Positions 26,375 to 36,340 of a DNA stretch of 64,000 nucleotides are shown here, in pieces. The notes beneath the pieces are model-generated. The model made no database searches, was not told the origin of the DNA, and was given only the letters and a program-made list of their open reading frames with translations. Position 1 is the stretch's first letter; every line of letters begins with the position of its first letter. The DNA is taken from the NCBI GenBank assembly GCA_964637955.1, contig CAZWXQ010000002.1, positions 71,782 to 135,781 on the forward strand. Reading direction: 5' to 3'. This stretch comes from an uncultured Gammaproteobacteria bacterium. Its GTDB lineage: Bacteria > Patescibacteriota > Microgenomatia > Levybacterales > UBA12049. Both the position numbers and the translations under genes were made by a program.

Positions 26375-29194
26375 ATGATTCAAATAATTAGAGTATTTTC
26401 AAAAAATGAAAGTGATGATTTAAAAGGGAAAGAAATTTTAAATCAATTTAAAGATCCGAATATAAAAAAGTTAAGGACTGCCAGAATTTATAGACTTGAG
26501 GGAGTAGATAGGAAAACTGCAAAATTTTTGGCAGAAAAGTTATTCTCCGAGTCAATAAGCCAAGATTATTCTATTGATAAACCCATATTTGTTGTTAAAT
26601 CAAAAGTTGAAATAGCATATAAACCCGGAGTCATGAATCCTGAAGTTGCTTCTATCTTAAAAGCAGCGAAAGATTTGAAGATAAAATTACTCGCAGCGGA
26701 TTCATCAACTGAATTTTATTTTTTTGGAAAAATTGAAAATGCAAAAGCACTAGAATTAATTAATAAGCACCAAATATATAATCCACTTATAGAATACATT
26801 GTAGAAAAATCTCCCAAAACACTTTTTATTAAAGGAAAAATTGGATCAACAAGAATAATTGGAATTCGAATAATGTCAAATGAGGAAATGATGTTTTTGT
26901 CAAAAGACAAATTGTTTTTAAATCTCGAAGAAATGAAAGTTATTCAAAGTTACTTTCAAAAAATTAAAAGAGATCCAACGGATTTAGAGTTAGAAACACT
27001 GGCTCAAACTTGGAGCGAGCACTGCGCCCATAAAACGTTTAAAGCAGATTTAATAATCGATGGTAAAAAGAAAAAGCCTTTAATTGATCGAATTCGAGAT
27101 GAGGCTTTGAAGCATGACGAGAATATCGTTTCAGCATTTGGCGATAATTCTGGAGTAATGAGATTTTATGATGGGTTTTCTATTTGTGGGAAAGTAGAGA
27201 CCCATAACAGCCCCTCTGCAATTGAGCCTTACGGTGGAGCAATGACCGGATCTGGTGGGGTATTTCGAGATATTCTCGGTACTGGGCAAGGAGCAAAAAC
27301 TATCGCATCAACTGATATTTTTTGTTTTGCAAATCCAGATTTAAGCAAAAATGATTTACCACCAGGATGTCTTAGACCGGAATATCTTTTAAAAAGAGTA
27401 GTGATGGGAGTAAGAGATTATGGAAATAGAATGGGAATTCCAACAAATAATGGTTCCGTACATTTTCATAATGATTTTCGTGCAAAACCCACAGTTATAG
27501 TCGGTGCATATGGAATTATTCCTACAAAAAAAGCTAAAAAAGGAAAGCCTGCAAATGGAGATTTAATTATTGCTGTTGGTGGAAGGACAGGGAGAGATGG
27601 AGTTCATGGTGCTACTTTTTCCTCTGCAGAAATGACTGATAAGACAATTTCTATCAATTCATCTGCAGTTCAAATTGGAAATGCGATTGAAGAAAAAAGA
27701 ATGTTCGATGCAATAATTGAAGCCCGTGATCAGGATTTAATACGAGCAATCACAGATTGTGGAGCTGGAGGATTTTCTTCAGCAATTGGTGAAATAGGAT
27801 CAGAAACTGGAGTTAAAGTAGATTTGTCTCTTGCACCTCTTAAATATCACGGACTTTCTCCTTGGGAAATTTGGGTATCAGAATCTCAAGAAAGAATGAT
27901 ACTCGCAGTATCGAAAAAGAGCAGTAAAAAAGTTTTAGAAATTTGTAAAAAGTTTAATGTGGAGGCAACAGTGCTTGGTAAATTCACAAATACAAAAAAA
28001 CTAGAAATATTTTATGGAAAAAAACGAATTGGTAATTTGTCGATGGAGTTTCTGCATCACGGATTGCCTCAAAGAACTATGGTTGGAAAAAAACCAAGAG
28101 TTAAGATTGTGTCTAAAAAAGAACAAAGTGTTCCAAATAATGAAAAAGAATGGATCGACGTTTTTAAGAAAGTTCTAGCGAATGGAAATGTAAATTCTAA
28201 AGAGCCAATTGTAAGAATGTACGATCATAGTGTTCAAGGAACAAATGATTTACAGCCGTACGGAGGAGTAGATCTAGATGCGCCAAACAACAGTGCAGTT
28301 CTTAGGCCGATTCTAAACAAAAAATATGGAATGGTTTTGTCTCACGGCTTAAATCCTGTTTTAAATAATATCGATCCATATGGTGGAGGTATTTGGGCTG
28401 GAGTCGAAGCTCTAAGTAATTATGTCTCAGTCGGAGGAGATATAGAAAATGCATCTTTAATAAATAATTATATTTGGCCATTTCCAGATGAAGAGTCTTT
28501 ATGGTCACTTGATAAATCAGTTGACGCAGTAATCGATTTAATGAAAGGTTTAAAAATACCAGTTATATCTGGAAAAGATAGCTTATCTTCCACATACAGA
28601 AAAGGAGACATGGTTATTAAAATTCCTCCGGTTTTATGCATTTCTGCTTTTGGGAGAATTCCTGATACAACAAAAACTATAAGTTCGGATTTAAAAAAGG
28701 ACAGCTCACTAATTTGCTTGATAGGTAATTTGGACACTGATTCTATGGGAGGATCTGTATATTTTGATGTGAACAATTTGATTGGAGATAGTGTTCCAAA
28801 AATAAACTTAAAAGAATTCGGAAAGCTTGCTAAGCAAATAAATAAAGGGATTGTAAGCGGAGATATTTTATCTTGTCATGATATTTCAGAAGGTGGAATT
28901 CTAACTTCTGCTTTTGAAATGTGCATAGGAGGAAATATTGGCATGAGTTTGAAAATTTCAAAAAATAAAAGGCCAGATTATTTCTTATTTAATGAAACGG
29001 CAGGAACTTTTTTAATAGAAGTAGAAAATAAAAAAATAGCAGAAAAAATATTTGGAAAAAATAATTTTATAGTTCTAGGAAAAACACAAAAAGAAAAATC
29101 AGTTGATGTAATAAATGGTGAAAAAATATTTAGTGCAGATTTGTTCGAATTAAAAAAAGCTTGGCAAAAACCAATGAAGAGAATATTTTCATAA
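26375..29194 (+). CDS. purL: Phosphoribosylformylglycinamidine synthase, PurL with N-terminal PurS-like domains
   Basis: QTWSEHCAHKTF, KVETHNSPSAIEPYGGA.TG.GG..RD, DCGAGG, SESQERM, SGKDSL, HDISEGG. Confidence 0.95.
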   Translation: MIQIIRVFSKNESDDLKGKEILNQFKDPNIKKLRTARIYRLEGVDRKTAKFLAEKLFSESISQDYSIDKPIFVVKSKVEIAYKPGVMNPEVASILKAAKDLKIKLLAADSSTEFYFFGKIENAKALELINKHQIYNPLIEYIVEKSPKTLFIKGKIGSTRIIGIRIMSNEEMMFLSKDKLFLNLEEMKVIQSYFQKIKRDPTDLELETLAQTWSEHCAHKTFKADLIIDGKKKKPLIDRIRDEALKHDENIVSAFGDNSGVMRFYDGFSICGKVETHNSPSAIEPYGGAMTGSGGVFRDILGTGQGAKTIASTDIFCFANPDLSKNDLPPGCLRPEYLLKRVVMGVRDYGNRMGIPTNNGSVHFHNDFRAKPTVIVGAYGIIPTKKAKKGKPANGDLIIAVGGRTGRDGVHGATFSSAEMTDKTISINSSAVQIGNAIEEKRMFDAIIEARDQDLIRAITDCGAGGFSSAIGEIGSETGVKVDLSLAPLKYHGLSPWEIWVSESQERMILAVSKKSSKKVLEICKKFNVEATVLGKFTNTKKLEIFYGKKRIGNLSMEFLHHGLPQRTMVGKKPRVKIVSKKEQSVPNNEKEWIDVFKKVLANGNVNSKEPIVRMYDHSVQGTNDLQPYGGVDLDAPNNSAVLRPILNKKYGMVLSHGLNPVLNNIDPYGGGIWAGVEALSNYVSVGGDIENASLINNYIWPFPDEESLWSLDKSVDAVIDLMKGLKIPVISGKDSLSSTYRKGDMVIKIPPVLCISAFGRIPDTTKTISSDLKKDSSLICLIGNLDTDSMGGSVYFDVNNLIGDSVPKINLKEFGKLAKQINKGIVSGDILSCHDISEGGILTSAFEMCIGGNIGMSLKISKNKRPDYFLFNETAGTFLIEVENKKIAEKIFGKNNFIVLGKTQKEKSVDVINGEKIFSADLFELKKAWQKPMKRIFS

Positions 29195-29196
29195 AA

Positions 29197-29982
29197 ATGA
29201 AAAAACCAAAAGCAATAATTATAAAAGCGGACGGAATTAATAGGGATTATGAAATGATGTTTGCGTTTAATCTTGCAGGAGCAGATGCAAAGGTCGTGCA
29301 TATTAACGACTTAAGATCAAAAAAAGAAATATTAAGTGACTATCAGATTTTGGGAATTCCAGGAGGATTTGCTTATGGAGATGATATAGTTTCAGGAAAA
29401 ATATTGGCAACGGAAATGATCGCATATCTTGGAGATGAAATTAGAAAGTTTGTAAAACGCTCAAATACAGCAGTGATTGGGGTTTGTAATGGATTTCAGG
29501 TTCTTGTGAGAACGGGACTTGTACCATTTGGAAATCTTGGGGAGATGGATGTGACTTTAGTAAATAATGATTCAGGACATTTTGAATGCAGATGGGTAAG
29601 AGTGAAAGTGGAGAATAATTCTAAATCAAAGTTTTTAAAAAATATCGAGGACGAAATATTTTGGTATCCGGTAGCGCATGGTGAAGGAAAATTCATTGCA
29701 GATCCAAAAATTATCTCACGAGTTGAAAAAGAAAATTTAGTTACGTTTAGATATGTCGATGAATCTGGATTACCAACTCAAAACTATCCAGAAAACCCAA
29801 ATGGTTCAATTAATGCAATCGTTGGGATAAGCGATGAATCTGGAAGAGTAATTGGGCTTATGCCTCATCCTGAATGTTTTGTTAGAATCGAGCAGCATCC
29901 CAACTGGAGAAGGGGAGGTGTAAAATCTCCTGACGGATTACCTTTATTTAAAAATATTGTTGATTTTGTAAAAAAGGTATGA
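29197..29982 (+). CDS. purQ: FGAM synthase glutaminase subunit
   Basis: PGGFAYGD, GVCNGFQ, AHGEG, NPNGS, MPHPE. Confidence 0.95.
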   Translation: MKKPKAIIIKADGINRDYEMMFAFNLAGADAKVVHINDLRSKKEILSDYQILGIPGGFAYGDDIVSGKILATEMIAYLGDEIRKFVKRSNTAVIGVCNGFQVLVRTGLVPFGNLGEMDVTLVNNDSGHFECRWVRVKVENNSKSKFLKNIEDEIFWYPVAHGEGKFIADPKIISRVEKENLVTFRYVDESGLPTQNYPENPNGSINAIVGISDESGRVIGLMPHPECFVRIEQHPNWRRGGVKSPDGLPLFKNIVDFVKKV

Positions 29983-30836
29983 AGATTGGATTATTCTCAA
30001 CATTTGCAGATAAGGAAGCATATGATTTAGTTAACGCTGTGCAAGACAGTGTTTCAACGGGAAAAATACCAGATTCAGAGATTTCATTCGTTTTTTCTAA
30101 TCGAGATATTGGCGAGAATCCTACCACTGATAGAATTTTAGGAGATTTGATACATCGAAGGTTCCCCTTGATTAAATCTTCTGCATATAAGTTTGATACA
30201 CGTGGTAGAGTTTTGGCAAGAATAGCTGAATCCGGTGGAGATGAAAGGTTAATCAAAGATTGGCGAAATAGATATGGGGAAGAGATTCAGAGGAAATTAC
30301 CCGACACGGATATTGATTTGCTATTAGGAGACATGTGGATATGGGGAGACAGAATGGTAAATGAACGCACTGCATATAATCTGCATCCAGCACTTCCAGG
30401 GGGCCCCAAAGGTGAATGGTATAAAGTAATTTGGGATTTAATAGAGCAAAACGAGGAAAAGGCAGGAGTGATGATGCATAAATTAACTCCTGAGCTCGAT
30501 GAAGGGCCACCAGTTTCATTTGCAGAATATTCAATAAGAGGACCAGAGTTTGATTACTTATGGCCATTATTGCCACCTGATCCCGAGCATAGGCAAATGG
30601 TTATTGATCATGAACGATCACTTCGAGGAAAAACTAGACATCCACTCCATAAAGAAATAAGGGAAAAGGGTTTTGCGCGAGAAATACCATTGGTAATTCA
30701 AACGACAAAAGCTCTGGCTGAGGGTAGGATTGAGATTGAAGGAGGAGCGCCAGTAGATCTCACTTGGGAAGTTGATCAGGCATTAAATTTGCGATTGCAA
30801 GGAATAGAAGGACAATCAAGAAAGGAGGTGAATTAA
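29979..30836 (+). CDS. purN: Phosphoribosylglycinamide formyltransferase
   Basis: VFSNR, NLHPALP, GVMMH..LDEGP; pur-operon context. Confidence 0.8.
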   Translation: MKIGLFSTFADKEAYDLVNAVQDSVSTGKIPDSEISFVFSNRDIGENPTTDRILGDLIHRRFPLIKSSAYKFDTRGRVLARIAESGGDERLIKDWRNRYGEEIQRKLPDTDIDLLLGDMWIWGDRMVNERTAYNLHPALPGGPKGEWYKVIWDLIEQNEEKAGVMMHKLTPELDEGPPVSFAEYSIRGPEFDYLWPLLPPDPEHRQMVIDHERSLRGKTRHPLHKEIREKGFAREIPLVIQTTKALAEGRIEIEGGAPVDLTWEVDQALNLRLQGIEGQSRKEVN

Positions 30837-30838
30837 TT

Positions 30839-31954
30839 ATGGATTTAAAACCAAAAGTTTTATTTACAGACGGAGAAGGGCCATTGGTAAAACTTGATTT
30901 AGCACAAGAAATAATGGGAAGAATTACCTTTGAACATCAAGGAGAAGAAATTAATGGAAAAGATTTTTTTGGTATCTTAAGTTTCTATGATGATTATCTT
31001 GCAGAAGTTGGGACAGAGGGCTATCAGGCAGGGGATACTCTGGCGCTTATTGGGCCTCATCTTATAGCGCATGGAATTACCGATGAGGATGTTTTGGAAG
31101 AAGCAAGAAGAGCTGAGGTTTCTCCAGGAGCTGAAGCATATATTTCAGGATTAAAAGGAGATGGATGGGACGTAAGAGTTATTTCAACAGCATACAGACC
31201 CATGTGGGATTTGGTTGGAAATTATCTCGGGATTCCTAAGGAGGATATTGCTTGTACTGATCTTTCTTTATCTAGTTTAAGACAAAGATATGGAAATGAT
31301 GATTTCAATTCTTTCGTTCAAATGAGAGAACAAAGCATTCTTGGTTTAATGAGTCTTGCAAAAGAAGCGATGGAAACTCCTGGGAGCGTGGTGGATGTGT
31401 TTAACAATCTTAAATTCCACGAACTTCGAGACACATTGAATGAATTTTATTTTAAAGATTTACGTCAGTGGTTTGGCTATGAAACTCTTGAAGCGATCAG
31501 GGTCATGGGAGGCAGGAGAAAGGTTGAAGCAGCACAAAGATTCGCAAATGATTTGGGAGTAGATATGGGGAGCATTGCTTATGTGGGAGATAGTATTACG
31601 GATAAAGCAATGATGTTTGAGTTGAGAGAAAGAGGCGGACTTCCAATCGCTATAAATGGAAATGATTTTGCTCTTGAAGGAGCAGTTGCATCTGTTGCAA
31701 CTAAAGATAATGTGGGAGCGGTTCGTCCTCTTCTTGATGCATGGCAAGGGGGCGGTATTGACGAGGTTTCAAGATTTGTAAGACAATCACATGAGCCTAT
31801 TTCATTTGGTCGAGAAAGAGAAGCGGGACATGAAAGACCTGATGGGGCACAGTACTGGATTAGGTTAAATGGAGAAGCATTTTTGCCAAATGAAAAAGCT
31901 GCTCATAAAGCAGCTAGAAAAGAAATAAGAGGAATAGCAGCTGATCTTGGGTAG
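30839..31954 (+). CDS. HAD-like protein (COG4030 / archaeal EhaR-like)
   Basis: TDGEGPL, YDDYLA, GYQAGDTL, ISTAY, YVGDSITD, NGN..A; AAGGAGGTGA RBS. Confidence 0.75.
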   Translation: MDLKPKVLFTDGEGPLVKLDLAQEIMGRITFEHQGEEINGKDFFGILSFYDDYLAEVGTEGYQAGDTLALIGPHLIAHGITDEDVLEEARRAEVSPGAEAYISGLKGDGWDVRVISTAYRPMWDLVGNYLGIPKEDIACTDLSLSSLRQRYGNDDFNSFVQMREQSILGLMSLAKEAMETPGSVVDVFNNLKFHELRDTLNEFYFKDLRQWFGYETLEAIRVMGGRRKVEAAQRFANDLGVDMGSIAYVGDSITDKAMMFELRERGGLPIAINGNDFALEGAVASVATKDNVGAVRPLLDAWQGGGIDEVSRFVRQSHEPISFGREREAGHERPDGAQYWIRLNGEAFLPNEKAAHKAARKEIRGIAADLG

Positions 31955-31962
31955 ATTTAATT

Positions 31963-32496
31963 ATGGGAAAAAGCATAAATAACTGGTATGTGGTGACCGG
32001 CGGGCCTTCTAGTGGTAAGACAACGATTTTAGAATATCTTGGGAAAATGAGATATAAAGTTTATTACGAATGGGCAAGAATTCTTATCGATCAAGAATTG
32101 GCTAAGGGTTTAAAAATAGAAGAGATCAGAAAAGATGAAATGAAATTTCAGGAAAAAGTTCTTGATTTGAAAATTAATTTTGAAAAGAAATTAGATCCAA
32201 AAGATCAAATATTCATGGAAAGGGGAATTCCTGATACGCAGGCATATTTAAATTTTACAAAAGCTAAAATTAAACCTTCATGGAATAAAGCAATTAAAAA
32301 ATCTAATTATAAAAAAGTATTTATTATGGAGATTGGAGAATTTAAAAAGGATTATGCGAGAACGGAAAGTGCAGAAGAGGCGATGGAGATTGACAGATTA
32401 CTTTCGAGAAGTTATAAAAGTTTAGATATTCCTGTCGTTCGAGTTCCTTTTATGACAGTTTCCAAAAGGGCAAAATTTATTTTAGATAATTTATGA
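31963..32496 (+). CDS. AAA_28 / NadR-like ATPase
   Basis: VVTGGPSSGKTT, EWAR, ERGIPD, D..RTES. Confidence 0.85.
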   Translation: MGKSINNWYVVTGGPSSGKTTILEYLGKMRYKVYYEWARILIDQELAKGLKIEEIRKDEMKFQEKVLDLKINFEKKLDPKDQIFMERGIPDTQAYLNFTKAKIKPSWNKAIKKSNYKKVFIMEIGEFKKDYARTESAEEAMEIDRLLSRSYKSLDIPVVRVPFMTVSKRAKFILDNL

Positions 32497-33434
32497 AGAG
32501 ACATTTAGTTTTAGCAGATTATGATGGGACGCTCGCGAATACTTCTCAGAAATCACCGCGAGGAAAGAATGTGGAAAGCGCATCAATGCTTGCTGTTCAT
32601 TCTGTGTTTGGAGAAGTAGGGGTGCGTGCTTTTCATAAGCTTGGGGGAGTTAAGAGTCGTGAGCCTGGAGAGTTAGTAGAAAAAATAAGAATAGTGACGG
32701 GAAAGACTGATGTCCCGCAAAATGAAGCAACTGAAATGTTTGTTGCTTCAAAGTTAAGATATCTCTTAAGAGAAGTTGGTTCAAACTGGCCACGATTTTA
32801 CCCAGGAGCAATTGATTTTTTAAAAAAGGCTACTACGGATGGATATTTTGCAGATGTCGGAATTATCTCGTCGGGACATGATGCATTCATTAATCGTTCT
32901 CTTGAAAAAAATGGAATTGATTCTTCAAGACTAATCATCGTAACAAGTGACCTTATTCGTCAGAAGCCAATGCCAGAAAGACCAAGATATAAGCCACATT
33001 CTTCTCAATTTGCAGAGGCTCATAAAAGATGGCTTGATATGCACGGTGGTCTTCCTAAATCTAATGATAGATATGGCAAAGAGTTGTATTTAGGGAGGGG
33101 CTTAGGAAAGCCAAACATTTTATATATAGGAGATAGTGTTGAGAAAGATGGGGGCTTGGCAAAAGAAGCAAGAGTTCCATTTATTTTTGTGCCAAATACT
33201 GAGCAGGGAATTGATCTACAGGGAAATGCTCAAATCAGAGCTGACGCGGGATTTTTAGAAATTAATGAAATGCTTGATCTAATGAATGGAAATGAAGCGC
33301 TCCGAGAGCAATCATTTGCTCAAGTGCTTTTTAGCGTAGAAGATTCTGAATTATTTCCTCCGCCTATGGAAAGCGATAGGCCTTGGCCAAGAATTATGAG
33401 AGAAGGAGCCGGAAGGATGATGGAAAGAAGATGA
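32493..33434 (+). CDS. HAD-superfamily hydrolase
   Basis: DYDGTL, ISSG, KPH, YIGDS..KD. Confidence 0.85.
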   Translation: MKRHLVLADYDGTLANTSQKSPRGKNVESASMLAVHSVFGEVGVRAFHKLGGVKSREPGELVEKIRIVTGKTDVPQNEATEMFVASKLRYLLREVGSNWPRFYPGAIDFLKKATTDGYFADVGIISSGHDAFINRSLEKNGIDSSRLIIVTSDLIRQKPMPERPRYKPHSSQFAEAHKRWLDMHGGLPKSNDRYGKELYLGRGLGKPNILYIGDSVEKDGGLAKEARVPFIFVPNTEQGIDLQGNAQIRADAGFLEINEMLDLMNGNEALREQSFAQVLFSVEDSELFPPPMESDRPWPRIMREGAGRMMERR

Positions 33435-34531
33435 AAAGAATTACTTACTCTCAAGTCGGGGATAATTATGATACCAAAGATCCGATAAAGAAATTATTTC
33501 AAAATTCTGCAAACTCAACAGGTATTAATTTAAGATCTCATGGATTTAGTGAAGTAACAGATTCCAGAGGAGAATCTGCTTATGTTTGGAAGCAAGGTAA
33601 TATTTATATGGCATCAGTTATAGAAGGGTTGGGAACTAAAAATTTAATAGCTGATGACACTAGAAAATTTGCTAAGAGAACATACTACGACGTAATAGCG
33701 CATGATACAGTTGCTACGATTATTAATGATTTAGTTTCAGTTGGGGCAACGCCTCTCACTTTAAATGCATACTGGGCAATTGAAAATAACGACTGGTTAC
33801 AAGATCGCGAGAGAATGACAGATTTAATAACAGGTTGGAAGAAGGCATGTGATATTGCTGGAGTTTCTTGGGGAGGCGGAGAAACACCAACTCTTAAGCA
33901 AATTGTAGTTCCTGGAGTTGCAGAATTTGGAGGTTCAGCTGTTGGGATTATAAAAAATCAAAAAAATCTTGTAACAGATAAAAAATTAAAAGCTGGAGAT
34001 AAAATAATTTTTATAAAAAGTAATGGGGTTAATGCAAATGGAATTTCATTAACGCGTGCTATCGCTAAAAAATTACCTAAAGGATACGGCACACTTCTTG
34101 ATAATAATAAAACATATGGAGAAAGTTTGCTTACAAAGTCCAACATTTATGCAAAAGTCATTCAAGACTTACAAAAAGAAAAAATTGATATTCATTATAT
34201 TTCCAATATCACAGGACATGGAATGCGAAAAATAATGCGAGGAAAACCAAGTTTCACATATGTAATTGAAAAAGTATTTAAACCTCAACCAGTGTTTGAT
34301 TTTATTGCAAAACATGCAGGACTTGATGACAATGAAATGTATCAAACTTATAACATGGGTCAAGATTATGCTTTGTTTATTCCCGAAAAAGATGCTAAAA
34401 AAACTTTAAAAATAATTGAGAAAAATAAATTCAAGGCGATAGATGCAGGATATGTGGAAAAAGGAGAGAAGCAGGTTGTGATAAGGCCAAAAAACTTAAT
34501 TTTTAAAGGCGAGACGTTGGATCTAAGATAA
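33431..34531 (+). CDS. purM: Phosphoribosylformylglycinamidine cyclo-ligase (AIR synthetase)
   Basis: EGLGTK, NDL..GA.P, GGET, SNG..NG, NITGHG, TYNMG; start at the ATGA overlap, 33431. Confidence 0.9.
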   Translation: MKRITYSQVGDNYDTKDPIKKLFQNSANSTGINLRSHGFSEVTDSRGESAYVWKQGNIYMASVIEGLGTKNLIADDTRKFAKRTYYDVIAHDTVATIINDLVSVGATPLTLNAYWAIENNDWLQDRERMTDLITGWKKACDIAGVSWGGGETPTLKQIVVPGVAEFGGSAVGIIKNQKNLVTDKKLKAGDKIIFIKSNGVNANGISLTRAIAKKLPKGYGTLLDNNKTYGESLLTKSNIYAKVIQDLQKEKIDIHYISNITGHGMRKIMRGKPSFTYVIEKVFKPQPVFDFIAKHAGLDDNEMYQTYNMGQDYALFIPEKDAKKTLKIIEKNKFKAIDAGYVEKGEKQVVIRPKNLIFKGETLDLR

Positions 34532-34537
34532 GCGAAA

Positions 34538-35710
34538 TTATTTATTTAATTCTATAGCCTCTTTGAGATTTTGATTATAGAATAAAGCTTTTTCAAATTC
34601 TGATTTAGCTGCTAGAGAATTTCCTTGTTTTTCATATATTTTTCCTCGCAGAATATAAAGTTCAGAAAAAGCTCTGTTTTGATTATTTAGGATTTGTTCT
34701 GAAATTTCCAAAACTCTGGCGTCGTTTCCTAGTTCGTAGTAAGATTTGATTGGTTCTGTTTGATACCAAAGAGTGCGAAAGGGAAGCTGACTTTCTACTT
34801 TTTCAAATTCTTCAACTGATTTTTGAAATTCACCCAAATGGTAATAGGCAACAGATAAGTTAAATCTGTCATCGATATTGTTTGGAGTTGTTTCAAGTTC
34901 TTTTAAAGAATTATTTTTGGCTTTTTCCCAAGCTATTTTTTCATCAATATCCTCGTCAATGATTTGTTTAGCAATATCTTCTTTTTCTTTTGGTACCAAA
35001 ACCAAATACTCATAGTTAAATTTTTTCCAAAGTTCATTAAAGTCTTCATAAGAGTACTGAAGATCATGTCCCTGAAGTGAATCGTCCTGAATAAATACTT
35101 TTTGATTATCGTCATAACCCTTAACGACTCTAAAATGTCCTATGTCCTCAGTGGTTTTGGTCCAGGTACGTGCAATTATGGGCATTCCATTTGCGATAAA
35201 TTGTTTTAGAATTTGATCATTTCCCATTGGGCGAAGAAATGGAACTAAATCATACTCTTTAGATTTCTGCGCAACTTCCTCAAAGGTCACTGATTTATCA
35301 TCATTGTCGCCGCCCGGGATTTGATAAGGCCTGAGCGATTGACCTAAAATTTCCTGACTTACATTAATACCATAAAATCTTAAAGCCATTGATAACGCCG
35401 CAGGTCCGCAGTTGTTAAAGCTTTGGAAAATGTGATATGAGCCATTTGAAAGAATTGTTGATGAGGGAATGGGAGGTAGGGCATAGGGAGTAGAAGTGGG
35501 AGGGAGAGACGATTTATCATTTATGATTGATGATTTATTAATTAAGTCTGAAGTATTATTGATCGGAGTTTTATCTAAAGGAATAATTATTTCTTTAAAA
35601 ATAAATGAAAGAATTATAGACGAAATTAATATGATGATAAAGATAAGTAAGACATTTAGTTTTCCAGATTTTATTTCAGATTCATTTGTATTTTTGATAG
35701 AATTCTTCAT
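34538..35710 (-). CDS. Membrane-anchored C39-like cysteine peptidase with TPR repeats
   Basis: QSFNNCGPAAL, GHFRVVKGYD, DS; C-terminal TPR (FNLSVAYYHLGEFQKS). Confidence 0.85.
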   Translation of the reverse strand: MKNSIKNTNESEIKSGKLNVLLIFIIILISSIILSFIFKEIIIPLDKTPINNTSDLINKSSIINDKSSLPPTSTPYALPPIPSSTILSNGSYHIFQSFNNCGPAALSMALRFYGINVSQEILGQSLRPYQIPGGDNDDKSVTFEEVAQKSKEYDLVPFLRPMGNDQILKQFIANGMPIIARTWTKTTEDIGHFRVVKGYDDNQKVFIQDDSLQGHDLQYSYEDFNELWKKFNYEYLVLVPKEKEDIAKQIIDEDIDEKIAWEKAKNNSLKELETTPNNIDDRFNLSVAYYHLGEFQKSVEEFEKVESQLPFRTLWYQTEPIKSYYELGNDARVLEISEQILNNQNRAFSELYILRGKIYEKQGNSLAAKSEFEKALFYNQNLKEAIELNK

Positions 35711-36316
35711 ATGAAAAGTTTAATTGTTCTTGTTTCAATTATATTTATATCCGCAGTTTTGGCTGGTCTTACATTTTACTCTAAAAATGATTTAAAAGAT
35801 AATAAATTTGATGTTTCTCAAAAAAAATATTGGTTTGTTTTAAATAGAAAATCAGGCACCGAAAATTTATATCTAGGAACTCCTGGCGAGGCTAACAATA
35901 GTAAATTAGTAAGATCTTTTCAAGTAAAGACAGGAGCTGCTTGGTCTCCAACTCCTCATCCTAAGCTCGTCGGAAGAGATTATTGGAAAATAATAAAAAA
36001 AGAATCTTCTGCATATAATCCTGATACTGCTCCTTACTTTCTGCAGCTGGATATTCCTACAAGTAATGAGTGGCCATATGGCCCCGTTCCATATACTGAA
36101 TGTAAAGATGTTAATTCTGGGGAGAGTATTCAGTGCGATTGGGTTCTGCCAGGATATTTTGGGCTCCACGGCGTAGGTGGAAATCCAGCCAAACTTTCTA
36201 AAGAAGATTATGGAAGTTCGGGATGTATTAGGCACAGGGATGAAGATATTAGTTATTTATTTAACCTCTTAAATCCAGAAAAAGAAGAAATTAGATATTA
36301 CGTTGAAGATAACTAG
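35711..36316 (+). CDS. L,D-transpeptidase (YkuD) family protein
   Basis: VKTG..PTP, FGLHG...GSSGCIR; N-terminal TM helix. Confidence 0.85.
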   Translation: MKSLIVLVSIIFISAVLAGLTFYSKNDLKDNKFDVSQKKYWFVLNRKSGTENLYLGTPGEANNSKLVRSFQVKTGAAWSPTPHPKLVGRDYWKIIKKESSAYNPDTAPYFLQLDIPTSNEWPYGPVPYTECKDVNSGESIQCDWVLPGYFGLHGVGGNPAKLSKEDYGSSGCIRHRDEDISYLFNLLNPEKEEIRYYVEDN

Positions 36317-36340
36317 GTAGCTTTGGTATAATTTTAACTC

